Assembly (NCBI RefSeq): GCF_018350175.1
Contig: NC_058368.1
Coordinates: forward strand, 102,488,001-102,552,000
Reading direction: 5' to 3'
Source: Felis catus
Lineage: Eukaryota
Length of the DNA stretch: 64,000 nt
Made by a program: the position numbers and the translations under genes. Positions 12,861 through 25,817 of this stretch are shown in pieces. A model generated the notes under the pieces. That model saw only the letters and a list, made by a program, of their open reading frames with translations. It did not search any database and was not told the origin of the DNA. Position 1 is the stretch's first letter, and each line of letters starts with the position of its first letter.

Positions 12861-13216
12861 AAGGAGATAGGCAACATAAAGAGGAGCCTGATAAAGTCTT
12901 TTTTCTACCTGTAGGTCTCTTGCGCGATTCTTAGATTGGGGACGTGCCAAGACGCACCTTGTCGCCTGGGGTTTTAAAGCAGCTGCCATAACCGAAGAGT
13001 CATTTGAAACCACAAAAACAAATCCCATTCCACATTAAGTTTCTAATAAGGGCTGCAGCTGACAGTGAGCACAACACATCTCATTTCCAACCTTCTCAAT
13101 GTCTCCACACACGCTATCTCAAGAGGCAAATTTTATCTTTTTTTGCCTGAACCAAAAGCATTTGATAAGGAGACAGAAACTGGGTTTTATTTTTGTGGTT
13201 AAGAAACAGACACACT

Positions 13217-13448
13217 GGGGCGCCTGGGTGGCGCAGTCGGTTAAGCGTCCGACTTCAGCCAGGTCACGATCTCACGGTCCATGAGTTCGAGCCCCGCGTC
13301 AGGCTCTGGGCTGATGGCTGAGAGCCTGGAGCCTGTTTCCGATTCTGTGTCTCCCTCTCTCTCTGCCCCTCCCCCGTTCATGCTCTGTCTCTCTCTGTCC
13401 CAAAAATAAATAAACGTTGGAAAAAAAAAATTAAAAAAAAAGAAAAAA
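13217..13448 (+). mobile_element. Can-SINE (young)
   Basis: TSD aagaaacagacacactg. Confidence 0.96.
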
Positions 13449-15131
13449 AAGAAACAGACACACTGTATTGTCCTTGGACCTTGATACCTGCGTCCTCATG
13501 GAGCGCACAGGATAGGTAACGGTCCTCAGAGAGACCCAATTCTAGAGAGAGAGAAAGGATCAAATAATCAATCGGGAAAGTGCCCAGTGAAATTATTAAA
13601 GAGCCAAAAGACATTTTCTCTCCCTAAACACTCTACTGAGAAATATCACATAAAATATTAATAGGGACCTCATTAAATAAGCTTGATGTACTTCTTTCCC
13701 ACCTAAATAAAATGCGGAACCAGCCTGTGTCAATGGTTCCCAAACCTACATCAGAAGTATGGGGGAAAAGGCTTTTTGTTTGTTTTTCAAATAACTACAC
13801 CATACCCGCACCCCTAAATATTATGATTCGGCTTCCTAGTGCTTTTTAAAAAACATGACTTTAATACTCTTCCTCCATGAAAACAATACTCCTCTAAACA
13901 ACAAGTCAAACTGCACTCAATTATATCAGGAGGCTCTATTCGCTGGAAAAAAAACGGTCTCCAGGTACTAAAGGAAAAATGTGCCCAAAACAGTCACAAA
14001 AAGCAAAACATTTACCTATTTAACATGGAGCATTAGTTTATGATTTTTCCCAAGTAACACTGGAACACGTACTCGACGTATGTATTCAACTGACTTCCTA
14101 TTCAGAATTCAATAGTTTTTTTTTCATTCAGACCCTCACCCCCTAGTACCAACAATATAACATGAAAATACTTGAGCCTGTTAAATTCACCAAGCCCAAC
14201 GCTAACCCAGGAGAAAAGTAATTACCATTTAAATAGCAACATGAAGTTCTTTGAAGGAACAGCCTTTTGATGTTAGCATCTCTAATGGTAAAAGCCAAAA
14301 AAAAAAAAAAAAATCTCAGATCTTAAACATCGTTCATTGTCTTCCAACCCAGAGAAAACAAACGTGTCTCCCAAAAGTTCTTTCATCACAAAGAAGCAGG
14401 AACCCAAGTTGTTTATCATGGGCTTGTGGTAACATGGTGACAAGGTCCAACTAAATTTCAGTGACACTTAGAAGAACGGCAAAGTGCAACGAACTGGCTT
14501 CTCACACGACAGAAAAAAATAGGAGCGACTGGGCACAGGCAATTAACAGATTTCTGGTGCCCCCGTCCAATGATGGGGACACGACTGCTGCACCCGGACG
14601 TCACGACATCCCCCCCTGGGCTCACCGGCAGGCAGCCTTCATCCTTACGCACCCTTTCCAGGGGATTCAGCACCAAGTTGGAAAAGCTTGTCCTTATTAA
14701 ACTCAATCTCTTAATTCACAGGAGGGATGGGGATCTTGGGCCTATGAGCGATGGAAAACCTCTTACAAATGACTAGACACGGGCCAGTACGACGTGGTAT
14801 GTTTCACACAGCTGCTACTCTTCACGATGGCGCAAGTGACGAACCAGTTGGTATATTCAACGGGCCGTACGGTATTCAGCCAGCGCAAAACCTTTCTATT
14901 CATCCACAAACCCCAAGACACGATCTTACACTTTTAATCTCCTTCCTCCTGGCTCACACAATGCTAGGCACTTAACAGAATCCAATCGATGCCATCCCAA
15001 CGCTCGTGTCTTTTCACTTTTGCTCCTTGACCTGTTTTTCCCAGAAAGCTCCGTTCGAGTACCTCCATAAGACCGAAGTCATGACAACAGAGCGAAACAC
15101 AAACCAGGTTTTAAAATTTTAAAAAGTCCAT

Positions 15132-15350
15132 GGGGCGCCTGGGTGGCTCAGTCGGTTAAGCGTCCGACTTCAACCAGGTCACGATCTCGCGGTCCGTGAG
15201 TTCCAGCCCCACGTCGGACTCTGGGCGGATGGCTCGGAGCCTGGAGCCTGTTTCCGATTCTGTGTCTCCCTCTCTCTCTGCCCCTCCCCCGTTCATGCTC
15301 TGTCTCTCTCTGTCCCAAAAATAAATAAAAAACGTTGAAAAAAAAAATTT
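15132..15350 (+). mobile_element. Can-SINE (young), inserted at the 5' end of the next SINE
   Basis: TSD tttaaaaagtccat. Confidence 0.95.
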
Positions 15351-15361
15351 AAAAAGTCCAT

Positions 15362-15590
15362 GGGGCGCCTGGGTGGCTCAGTCGGTTGAGCACCGGACTT
15401 CGGCTCAGGTCATGATCTCACGGTTCGTGAGTTCAGGCCCCCAGTCAGGCTCTGTGCTGACAGCTGGGAGCCTGGAGCCTGCTTCCGATTCTGTGTCTCC
15501 CTCTCTCTCTGCCCCTCCCCTGCTCACACTCCGTCAATCTCTCTCTCAAAAAATAAATAAACATTAAAAAAATTTTTTTTTTTTTAATTT
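15362..15590 (+). mobile_element. Can-SINE
   Basis: Full head, CT tract, tail. Confidence 0.93.
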
Positions 15591-15994
15591 TAAAGCCTGC
15601 GTACAGGGGAGAGAGTAAGAACTTCAAGTACAGTAAGACCTTCCCCCCCCCCCCCGCATTGGTTTTGGCTTTTAATTACCCATGACATCCCTACATGTTA
15701 TAATAAACAGCTGACCATGTGTCATATTCCAATGATCAAATGCTTATCTCTGACCAGACTTTCTATTTCAACCTGTAGTTTATTATCATTTAACTAGAGA
15801 AAACTAAGCAATTATAACTGTCCACCAAAATGACATAATTGACAGCTTTTGGTTATATACAATTTTCCTAAATCTGAAAGGCTTTTGTTTTACGTGGCTC
15901 CTTTGCTCCGAGTCAAACCAAAGTACATTTTGAGAAAATTCACCCGCGACCAGAATTTGGTAAAAAGCAGTTATTTCCTGGATTCGGGCCCATG

Positions 15995-16780
15995 TCCCCC
16001 AAACTTGCATGATCATAAACCCAACCACCCCTCTGGAGATTCTGGGGAGGGGCCAGGGAATCTGCATTCGAGGAGGCATTCCAGGTAAGTTGTACCAACT
16101 GGCAAAACCACGCAGGCCTTTCTGAGTCAGCTCTGGGCTCACGCAGCTCACACTTGAGCCCAGTGGTTCAAAAACTGGGGCGCGTTAAGTATCACAGAAG
16201 AAACCTTTCACAAAATCCTGGGGCCCATCCTACTTTAAATCCAGACCACTGAGAGCAGGCCCCCGGCGTCAGCGTCTCCTCACTTACCAGGGTGATTCCA
16301 ATAGACAGCTATGTTTGTAAACGAATTATCTCTTCCAGGGCTTCTCGACCCTCACTGCTGGTCAGAATCACCTCAAGAGTTGCAAAGACGCTACCAAACA
16401 AAAAAACAAGGCTAGCTTCCATCTTAAACCAACTGAATTGGAATATATGGATGTGAGGCCTCGAGCCACGGCATTTGCTTTCTAGGTTCCTAAGATGATT
16501 TTTTTTTTAATTTTTTTTTTAAAGTTTATTCATTTCTCAGAGGCAGAGAGACAGAGCATGAGCGGGGGAGGGGCAGAGAGAGACAGGGAGACAACAGAAT
16601 CTGAAACAGGCTCCAGACTCGGAGCTGTCAGCACAGAGCCCGACGCGGGGCTCGAACTCACGGACTGTGAGATCATGACCTGAGCTGAAGTCAGACGCTT
16701 AACCGACTGAGCCACCCAGGTGCCCCCAGGTTCCTAAGATGATCTTAATGTGCAGTCTGCGTTGAAGAGAACGAGCCTAG
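15995..16780. mobile_element. Cluster of about three MER5-like (hAT-Charlie) MITEs
   Basis: Repeated MER5 hallmarks: cagtggttc, agaatcacct, gggaatctgcatt, caggtgattc-like ends, gatcttaatgtgcag. Confidence 0.6.
16500..16727 (-). mobile_element. Can-SINE inserted in MER5-like element
   Basis: Perfect TSD aggttcctaagatgat. Confidence 0.95.
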
Positions 16781-17430
16781 TAGATTCCGAGTAGATTCCA
16801 TGACTGTGTTTGTCCAATAGAATAAAATTACGAGACAAAACAGTCTCTCCTCTGAAGGCTACTGCAACTCAGCTGGTCAGAGGAATAATCTACCTAGATG
16901 GAAGAACAAGAGAACAGTACAAAGTATCAGCAAGGGTAAAGTTTACAGAACTCTGAAAACCCACACGTGGAAAGGAAAATAAAAATGTTCGTGGTAAGTT
17001 TCCAGTTCGTGTCAGCTAGATGCACTTATCATTCAAAAGTGTGCAGATTCTCGATGAAAAATTACTGACACTGACTTGGGAGTCATAGGTTGGACAGAAA
17101 CAAAGTCTTTTGGAGCCTTCCACCCTGACTGGTACTTTTATCTTTAAAGATTAAAAAAAAATTCTGAAAGCTTTTCAATCCAAGTTCCTTTCAACATCCT
17201 TGGGGCTCGTATACAGTCAGCAGCAGTTTATATAATGTCAGCAACACCCATAATAACAAAAATACACCTTTCTCCTTGTTTAAAGGGAATGTGTATCTAC
17301 TAATGTTTCCTACTTACTACGTCCATAACCCCATTTCACAGATGAGAAAACCAGGGCCTCAAGAGTCTGATGACTCACGTTCAAGTCTCCAGCAGGATGT
17401 GGACGACATCCTTTACTTAGAAATATCCTT

Positions 17431-17617
17431 GGGGCGCCTGGGTGGCTCAGTGGGTTCAGCATCCGACTTCAGTTCAGGTCATGATCTCACAGCTTTGTGA
17501 GTTCAAGCCCTGCACTGGGCTCTGCGCTGATAGCCTGGAGCCTGCTTCCGATCCTCTGTCTCCCTCTCTCTCTGCCCCACCCCCCCTCAAAAAAATAAAC
17601 ATTAATAAAACCCAAAA
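17431..17617 (+). mobile_element. Can-SINE
   Basis: Head ggggcgcctgggtggctcag; degenerate TSD agaaa(t/c)at(c/t)ctt. Confidence 0.9.
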
Positions 17618-17747
17618 AGAAACATTCTTAATCTGTTATTTCAGAAAAATTCATCTCCTCTATCCATTTTTACCCTTTCCCATGTCCTAGGCACTAGAGA
17701 TAAGACTCTGTGCCCATATGACACATGGAATGAGACAGGTAATGGCC

Positions 17748-17965
17748 GTGGTGTCTGGGTGGCCCAGGGGGCTAAGCGCCTGACCCTCGATTTTGGCTCA
17801 GGTCATGATTTCACGGTTCATGAGATCAAGCCCTGCACTGGGGCTCTGTGCTGACGGCATGGAGCCTGTTTGGGATTCTCTCCCTCTCCCTCTCTTCCTC
17901 TGCCCCTACTCTGTTCGTGCATTCTCTCTCTTTCTCAAAATAAATAAACATTAAAAAAAAAAAAA
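17748..17965 (+). mobile_element. Can-SINE (older)
   Basis: TSD gacaggtaat; diverged head. Confidence 0.85.
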
Positions 17966-18814
17966 GGACAGGTAATAGTCAAGGAAGAAACTATAGTTTC
18001 AGGTACTAAGTTCTTGAAAAAAATAAAGTAGAAGAGTTTAGGAAGTGATCGGAGAAAAGCTAGTTTGAGGATGGGAGTCAAGGAATGTCTTTTTTGGGGA
18101 GGTAGCTGATGCAAGACTGCAAAGGTGTGAGAAAGCGGCTGTGTGGCAGCTACGGGCAGAAAGCAAAGCAAAGCAAAGTCCCACCGGCACCAAGACGAGG
18201 CCACAGAGGACAGGCAGGGTCCTACTTATGCAACTCGGCTCATCTTGGAAGGTATGTTTGAAGAGTGGCACTCAGTTTTGGAGCAGCTAGTGTATTCTCA
18301 ACGTTCAATGACGTCAGTAGAGATGCCATCCAAGGCCTTTAGTCGATGCCAACAGAGACACGACCAGAACACCCAGTGGCAAGTGTAGACAAGAAACGCT
18401 CTATTAACTGAGGAAGGAGAGGTAAACGCAGCACAGGTAAATGAAGCAGGTACTTCTTGTGGGAGGTTTTCTCTTCCTACCGGTTATCTTTTGGATCTTA
18501 AAAATTCCATGGGACTCTTCAAGCTGGAGTTCTAACAAACATTAATGAAATGCCTTTTGCAGCAGCAATGACTTTTATCTGGACCACTATGAAGGGTGGA
18601 AACACAAAGCTACTGTTCTTTCATAATGCTGTGCAAACAGGGGCCTTTCTTTGAAGTGTGTAATCAATGGTCATTTTACAATCTAAGATACCTGAAATAT
18701 TCTGTGGCCTACCCTCCTGGCAAAATGAATCATTAAAAAAAAAAAAAAAAAAAAAAAAGAAACACAAAAAACCACCAGCATAGTGTTTAAAGTAGATGGG
18801 TTTGTTTAAAAACC

Positions 18815-19340
18815 GCCTTAGATACCAGAAGACATGTACAAAAATGTTCACGGGGACAATGTTTGGAATAGCAAAGAACTGGCCACGATCCAAAAGTCCA
18901 CAGGCACAAGAATGGATAAATAATAATGGTATATTCAAACAACCTGACACAGCAGTGAAAATGAACCAGAGCTTAATGTTGGGCGAAACGTTGAGTGAAA
19001 GAGAATTACTGGGTATGATTCCATTTACACGAAGTTCAAAACCATGCAGAACAAACAGTGTGTTTACCTAGGAATTTACAGGGATGCAGTACAACATGGG
19101 GGGGAAAAAAGCCCCACGAGATTCAGGTCAGGGGCTTCTCAGAGAGGGTAAGAAGCAGAGTGGGGGGAAGGCAGGGGCACCCCAGGGGTTCTCAAAGGTC
19201 CTGAAACTGAGAGTTTTCTATTTCTTCACCAAAGTGGTGGGAAATACACATTTGTTTTCAGGTCGTTCTTTATACCGTGCGCGGGTTTGAAATCGCACTT
19301 TACACACATATTTGTTTCGCATTCTGCATCTATTTAATAT
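18815..19340 (+). mobile_element. Old L1 (L1M/L1ME-type) 3' fragment
   Basis: acatgtacaaaaatgttcac, gaatggataaa, gcagtgaaaatgaac, tatgattccatttacacgaagttcaaaa. Confidence 0.75.
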
Positions 19341-19889
19341 TTGGCAAAGCCAGTGTTCAGAACTGCCTTCGAGGAGGAACTCGGCTCTTCACCCAAATGC
19401 TGCTCTGGCTTATTTCACATGTGTATACAAATGCGTTTTTAGAAACAGAAGCCGAACGCTCTTTCTTCCATGTAGCCAATATGTTGCTGGGCGCAGCCCA
19501 AAGGAAAGAGAAGCACCTAAGAAATGCCGGGAAAACTGCACATGAAATCCATGTTCCCTGAAAAGCTGAGGGGAAATGGAGCTCCCCGCTCTCCTCTTGC
19601 ACCCGACCTGGGGTCCACGAGCTCCTGACCTAAGGGGCACAACAGTCCACGAGGCACACCGAGGCCACATTTGCTTACGAGGGTGCATTGTGCAGGAAAC
19701 CAAGGACTGATGTTCTCAAGGCTCCCGGGCAAGAACTTCCACAAAAGGGAACAAGGAAAACTATTACACATCCGTGAAAATCAAAATTCATAGAAGAGTG
19801 GCAGGCAGCCAAGCCAACTACTCCAGGTCTGCTTGGCCTGCTGACGGTGGGAAAATACAAGCAAATCACTTCTTCTGCAACTAATTCTC

Positions 19890-20420
19890 AACAGGGCTCC
19901 TAAAAGCCAGACTCCATGATGCAACTTTAATAAGACAGAACGGCTTATTATGATCAATAAAGCAAAGGCTTCCAGGAGTTGCAGAGCCGAAAGCTGGCTC
20001 AAATGCGTCTTCGGTGGACACAGAGCACGAATGCCATCCTTCCCCGGCCCTGCGGAAGCCCCTGGGCCAGCACACGCTCAGATACCGGGAATCAGCTCCG
20101 TCCTCACTCCCCTCCACGGATGGACCCAAAGGCGTTCTCATCCTGCTGGATTTTATTAGCCCCAATATATGGTAATTAATTTACTGCGGGCTCTTTATTC
20201 ATAAATGGAATCAAATAAAGCCTTACATGGCTTTTGGCAGCTAACCCCTCACTAAATTACGGTGACTCGAAGTTTGCTCAAATGCTGCACATAAGTCAGC
20301 CCCTTCAGCTTGTAAAGTTCAATTAGAGAGTTCTTAGCCTATTGTGTGCCTCAAAGCTTCAAAGAAGGCATTATTCATGCATTTGCCATTGCCAAAAAAA
20401 GAGGAAAGCTGGCAAAGGAG
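19890..20420. promoter_or_regulatory. Candidate homeodomain-rich conserved enhancer
   Basis: TTTTATTAG, TAATTAAT, TTTATTCATAAA, CTAAATTAC, CAATTAG, ATTATTCATGCAT in a SINE-free region. Confidence 0.45.
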
Positions 20421-21489
20421 CAATTCCTAGAGTGTTGATCTAGGCACCACTCAGAAATCCTAAAACTCCAGCTCTCAGTACCCAAACACCTCCACTTTGG
20501 GGCAAAATCTCCGTGAAGTGTAAAAGACTAAAATTAATCTGATTGACTGTGGAAATCTACATAATAATGAAAGTTCTGACCAAGAACACAGCCACCTGCT
20601 CCGGTTTCTTTTTCTATATTCCTCTCATAAGTGGCCGCTGGCAGGTTCCTGTAAATGTGGCCTGAACACGCTGGGGGCTCAACCGGAGGCCAGAAAGGAC
20701 GTCTGGGAACCGCCATCCCCACCACGATGGGCTGCCATCTTGGTGCTCACGACCCGATCTTGAACTGGGGGGCGAGGCCGGCGTTACGACCTGACGCAGG
20801 CAGGTGTGAATCCGACCGGCATGTTCAGAGGCTATGCGTCAGGTGCCGTGTGGCTCCCTTCCGTCTGCGGCCTGCGTCAGGCAGGGCTTTGCCCAGGGGC
20901 GCGGACATGAACTTTCGCTCTGACACTCCCCTTCCCGGCAGCCAAGGGACTGGATGCTGCGGTTCTGCGGTTGCCCTCAGGTGTGAAAAGGGGCCCGTGT
21001 GATTTTCTCAAGAGCGCACCATTAAGTCAGAAAAGTCCCCGGCGACCAATCTCCCGGTCTGTCTGCAAAAGAAGAATCTGGGGCTGCCGGTTCTGCAAAC
21101 AGCCAGCCGGGCTGTTCCTACTGCCGGGCAGGAGCCTAAGAGAAAGGAGCAGGAAAACAATTCCACCGTGAGCCACTGCCAGGGAGGCCACGGCTCCAAA
21201 TCTCCTCGAAGCTGAAAACAAATGAGCGGCTTTGCCTGCATCAAGCCGGCCATCAGAAAGAGGCTTTTTTTTTTTTTTTTTTCACTCCGGCATTACAAAC
21301 TGCTCCTCAAAGATAACACTTTTAAGGATATAAAAACGTTTCCTTCGGCTTACCGCCTGTCACCTATCGACTCGACTGGCAGAACAGCACGAAACCCACA
21401 GCAGCTCCCTTCGGAGCGCCAACACGGGGAGAGGGAAGGAGAGCAGGTGGCTTTTAAAGTCACGCCCGACCTGACCACCTTTCTCTTCA

Positions 21490-21625
21490 CCATTCATTCA
21501 CTCGTTTATTTATTCATCCAGAGGGCACTGATTGTGGGGTGGAGGGGGGGGGTTGGTTTGCCCATGTGCTTGGCACTGGGGACACGTGCGTGAACCAGAC
21601 AGGCAAATATGGGCGCCTCATAAGA
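21490..21625 (-). mobile_element. L2 3' end
   Basis: cattcattcactcgtttatttattcatcca...ggcactggggacac...gtgaaccagacaggcaa. Confidence 0.65.
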
Positions 21626-22869
21626 TACCAACGTGATATTTACAATCATCTTTTACAGCTGTTCTACTTAAGAAGGAAGTGTCCCAGATGACGCTAAAGT
21701 AGGTGGACTAAAGGAAAAAAGCCCCTTTCCAGGCTGAGAAGGAAAACCTGAAGACACAATTACATGTGCTCTGGATAAATGAACAGAGTGCTTCCAGATA
21801 CACCCTGCCCCCCGGGGCCTGGGGCCACCGGAGAAGCCCAAGGAAGGGAACTGGGTTCTAACAAGGGGTCTTCAATGCACCTGCCCGTTGCAGAAGCAAG
21901 AGCTGTCAGACCTGTCTCAACTTCAGTGTCTTAGAGGTGCAGGTGTTAAGGGGCTAGTCAAAACCCAAACGAATGTGACTTTTGCTAGAAACACTGAAAG
22001 GAATCCGTGACAGGGCAGTCTGGTGAACAACTTGCGTTGCCACATAGAGGTAAAAAGAACGGAGCTCAAGCCCAAAATAATGACCTGGCCAGGACCCATG
22101 AGGGCAGCAGGTAGGGATGGGATTAGGAGAGGCTGTTTCAAAAGCCACTAAATTTCTTTTGTTTAGCTGACCAATAGCCAAGCAACGACAACGAGAAGAA
22201 AGTCTGTTTCATTTGTATGCCTCTGTTTTAAGCTCCCAAATTTACAGTCCGTCTGAAAACGAAGTCTAGCTAAAACCACGTGAGGGAGAGGGTGGCAAGT
22301 AAGCCATGGCAAAGATACACTAAATGACTCGATGTCCCTATAGAGGTGAAGGGATCATGATGGCACGTTCCTAATCAACAAAAACAATCTCACTTTCAGA
22401 TCATGAAATAAATGGTAGCTACCAAGAAAACTCAATAAAGGAACTTTAGACTCTGAGAGTTTCCTCATCTGTATAATGCGGAAAATACTCAAGTTACTTA
22501 AAAAAAAAAAAAAAAGTAAGATTAAGTTTTTACAGAATGGAGAGTAAAACCTTCACCCGTGTTTCATCCTGAAATTGGCATCCAAAAAAGTTGATGACCA
22601 GGAAATTAAAGAAGGCTTTTCTGGGGAAACTGATCAAAGCAAGAGAAAAGCCATATGGAAACCCCCAGCTGGGAGATCCCCTAGAGAGATAATCCACTCA
22701 CATCTTCCCATACCATCAAAATGCCCTCCCACATACATGGGACTTCAAACCAGCTTCTGAAAGCATATTGTCCACACGCAGACAGTCAAGGATCATGGGG
22801 CATTTGAGGAAAGTCTCCAACAGGAAAGACCGAGGACAAAGCACACACACAAAGGAACTTAGAAACAAG

Positions 22870-23082
22870 GCTGAGAAAAGGAGGAAAGGAATGAAGGGAG
22901 GGAGGAAACAAGAGAGGGAGGGAGGGAGGGAGGAAGGAAGGGGAAGGAGGAAGGGAGGGGAAGGAGGAAGGGAGGGGAAGGAGGAAGGAAGGAGAAAGAG
23001 GGAAGGGAGGAGAAAGAGGGAAAGGGGGAGAGAAAGGAAAGGAAGGCAGGAGGAAGGGGAGAAGGAAGGCAAGAAGGAAGGT
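22870..23082. repeat. GA-rich polypurine low-complexity tract (GGAA/GGGA)
   Basis: Read directly. Confidence 0.9.
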
Positions 23083-23227
23083 TCATCCTCAGGGAAATGA
23101 GACACGGTATTCACGAAACTACAGCAGGAGGCTTTAAATCCCCTGACAACAACAAAAAGGAGCTTTCAGAAATGAAAAATTTAAGAGATTTTTTTTTTCA
23201 ATGAAAACATTTAAAGATAATGAATGG

Positions 23228-23453
23228 GGGGGCGCCTGGGTGGCGCAGTCGGTTAAGCGTCCGACTTCAGCCAGGTCACGATCTCGCGGTCCGGGAGTTC
23301 GAGCCCCGCGTCGGGCTCTGGGCTGATGGCTCAGAGCCTGGAGCCTGTTTCCGATTCTGTGTCTCCCTCTCTCTCTGCCCCTCCCCCGTTCATGCTCTGT
23401 CTCTCTCTGTCCCAAAAATAAATAAACGTTGAAAAAAAAAATTTTTTTTAAAA
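23228..23453 (+). mobile_element. Can-SINE (young) nested in HAL1
   Basis: TSD taaagataatgaatg. Confidence 0.96.
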
Positions 23454-24495
23454 TAAAGATAATGAATGAGAAAAGTCCCCAAATCACAAAATACATTAAA
23501 AACCATACGCCAGAGATCTGAACAAGGAAAGAAAAGGTCAGAAAAGTAGACCCATATAAGAGGTTGTTCAATGTGTAACTAAAAGCAACTCCAGAAAGAG
23601 AGAACGTGGAAACAGAAATTACACCCCCTCCAAAGAAAGACATCTATAAAATCTCTAACGCGACAGGGCCTGAGTTCCCAGTGAGAGAGCCGAGCTCGAC
23701 ACAAGACATAAAAAAGACTCTTGCCAAAGGATGTCACTGAAAGATATCAGAATGCTGAGGACAAAGAAGAGAGGAAGGCCTGGCAGATCGGCGGGGGGAC
23801 AAACAGCCATCACACTCAAGACTTCAAATCAGGATGGCATTGAACTTCTCAGGGACAACACTGGGGAGAGCTCAGAGCATGGAGTAATGCCTTCAAGTCA
23901 GACAGAAAATGATTTCCCCCCATGCTTCATCTAGCCACTTCATCAGTCAACTATGAGGGTTGAAGGAAAACACGTGCAAACCTCTGACATTTGAAAAATT
24001 TTACTTCCCATGAATGCTTTCTTAGAAAACTAATGGAAAAGATGGGCTTCACCAAAACGACAGACAGGCACACGAGCGAAACGTACACAGATCCAGGCAA
24101 CAGGGCGTCCAACGCAAGAATGGAATCTTCAGGGTGGAGGAGAGAGAGCTCAGTTTTTAAAACCATTTCACGAGGCCTCTGCATAATCCCTAAACTACTG
24201 GGCCCGATGGGAGCAGATCCAAAGACTCTGGAGAGACTACTCCAAAAGATAAAAGGCACAGAATGCTGGGGTTATTTTACCAACTTCGAAGCAATTTCTA
24301 ATTCTGGCAGGACAGTTCCTGGTGAATTAGTGATGGGTACATAGAGCACTAAGCAAATAAAAAAAAACAAGACGATTAACTCCAGAGAGCCAGTTGGGTG
24401 AGAAAAGAAAATAATCGTAACACACGGTGCGTGAATAATATGTCTGTAGGTACAGTCACGTAAACACTGAATGCTGACCTGACAAAAAAATCACT

Positions 24496-24844
24496 TACGG
24501 TAGGCAGTCTCCAAGATGGTCCCAAATAATCCCTGCTTCTTGGAGTTGATACCCTTACGTGATACCCTCCCTTCCTGGAGTCTGGGCTGGACTTACTGAC
24601 TTCTAAGGAACAGAGTAAGTGGCAAAAGTAACAGGCTCTTCTCTGAGACATGACATGACGCAAAGGCTCTCGAATCTATCTTGGACTTGGTGTCTCTTGC
24701 TGGCGAAGCAATGTACGAAGTCACGCTCAGCCCGACGGGGAGGCTCCTGTGCCTGCTGCCCACAGGAACCGCGAGAGAATCCATGTTTGCGACTCGGAGG
24801 TACTCGGTTTTGGAATCATTTGTTACGCGGCAAGGGATAATACA
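24496..24844 (+). mobile_element. MaLR solo LTR (MLT1E/F-like)
   Basis: Start tacggtaggcag..ccaagatggtccc, gggctggactta.tgacttctaa, end atttgttacgcggcaa..gataataca. Confidence 0.75.
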
Positions 24845-25238
24845 ACTAACTATTTGGGAGAACAGGAGGCAGGAAAATCTGAGTGGGGAGAGGGGAGTAT
24901 GGGCTAACTCCCCAGCGTCCCCATGAAGTTAAGATAAAATGCCTAAGACTAAAAACTTACATCAAGAAACAGCCATAGAAACAGGTGTTTTCAAACTGTA
25001 CAGAAAATACAAGCTAACAGAGTTTAAAGCAGTTTACTGCCTCTGGCGAGCGGGAGCAGGTGAAGGCCAAAGTGGAGGTTTTCTGTTGTTGTTACAGAAC
25101 TAGAAGAACTCTGGCTTTTTCGGTCATCAACGCAGATAACCCGAAGAAAAGTTAGAAAATTATACTACCTTCATGTGTTCACGCTCAGGCAGCCCATAAA
25201 TTCTCTATTTTGCAGCCGTCTTTTGGACACTTTAAGGA

Positions 25239-25594
25239 TTTTTTTTTTTTTAAGATTTTATCTTTATTTTTTTAATTTTTTTTTTCAACGTTTATTTATT
25301 TTTGGGACAGAGAGAGACAGAGCATGAACGGGCGAGGGGCAGAGAGAGAGGGAGACACAGAATCGGAAACAGGCTCCAGGCTCTGAGCCATCAGCCCAGA
25401 GCCTGACGCGGGGCTCGAACTCACGGACCGCGAGATTGTAACCTGGCTGAAGTCGGACGCTTAACCGACTGTGCCACCCGGGCGCCCCTAAGATTTTATC
25501 TTTAAAGTAATCTCTACACCCAATGTGGGGCTCGAACTCACAACCCTGAGATCAAGACTCGCTCACTCTACCGACCGAGCCGACCAGGCACCCC
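25239..25594 (-). mobile_element. Short older Can-SINE (SINEC_b-like) hosting a younger SINE in its tail
   Basis: gtaatctctacacccaatgtggggctcgaactcacaaccctgagatcaaga; TSD tggac(a/g)ctttaagga. Confidence 0.85.
25267..25488 (-). mobile_element. Can-SINE (young)
   Basis: TSD taagattttatcttta. Confidence 0.95.
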
Positions 25595-25611
25595 TGGACG
25601 CTTTAAGGACT

Positions 25612-25817
25612 GTTTTTGTTTTTTTAAACATTTATTTATTTTATTTTGAGACAGGGACAGAGAGAGAGAGACAGACAGACAGAATGTCAAGCAGGCTCCA
25701 CCGATGTCAGTGTAGAGAGCCTGACGTCGGGCTCAAACCCACAAACTGTGAGATCACGACCTGAGCTGGCAGCAAGAGTCAGACACGCTCAACCGACTGA
25801 GCCACCCAGGAGCTTCC
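25612..25817 (-). mobile_element. Can-SINE (older)
   Basis: tttatttatt..gagacag...ctcaaccgactgagccacccagg. Confidence 0.88.

Larger units (their letters stand above)
22540..25150 (+). mobile_element. HAL1 (half-L1) long degraded copy with nested insertions
   Basis: catttgaggaaagtctccaac; caactccagaaagagagaac; atcaggatggcattgaacttctca...catggagtaatgccttcaa...gaaaatgatttccc; aaaattttacttcccatg...cttcaccaaaacg match HAL1 as recalled; ends approximate. Confidence 0.65.

Noticed and set aside
22716..23114. Low-complexity Pro/Ser/Leu and Arg/Gly/Glu ORFs
   Set aside because: Products of the polypurine tract.
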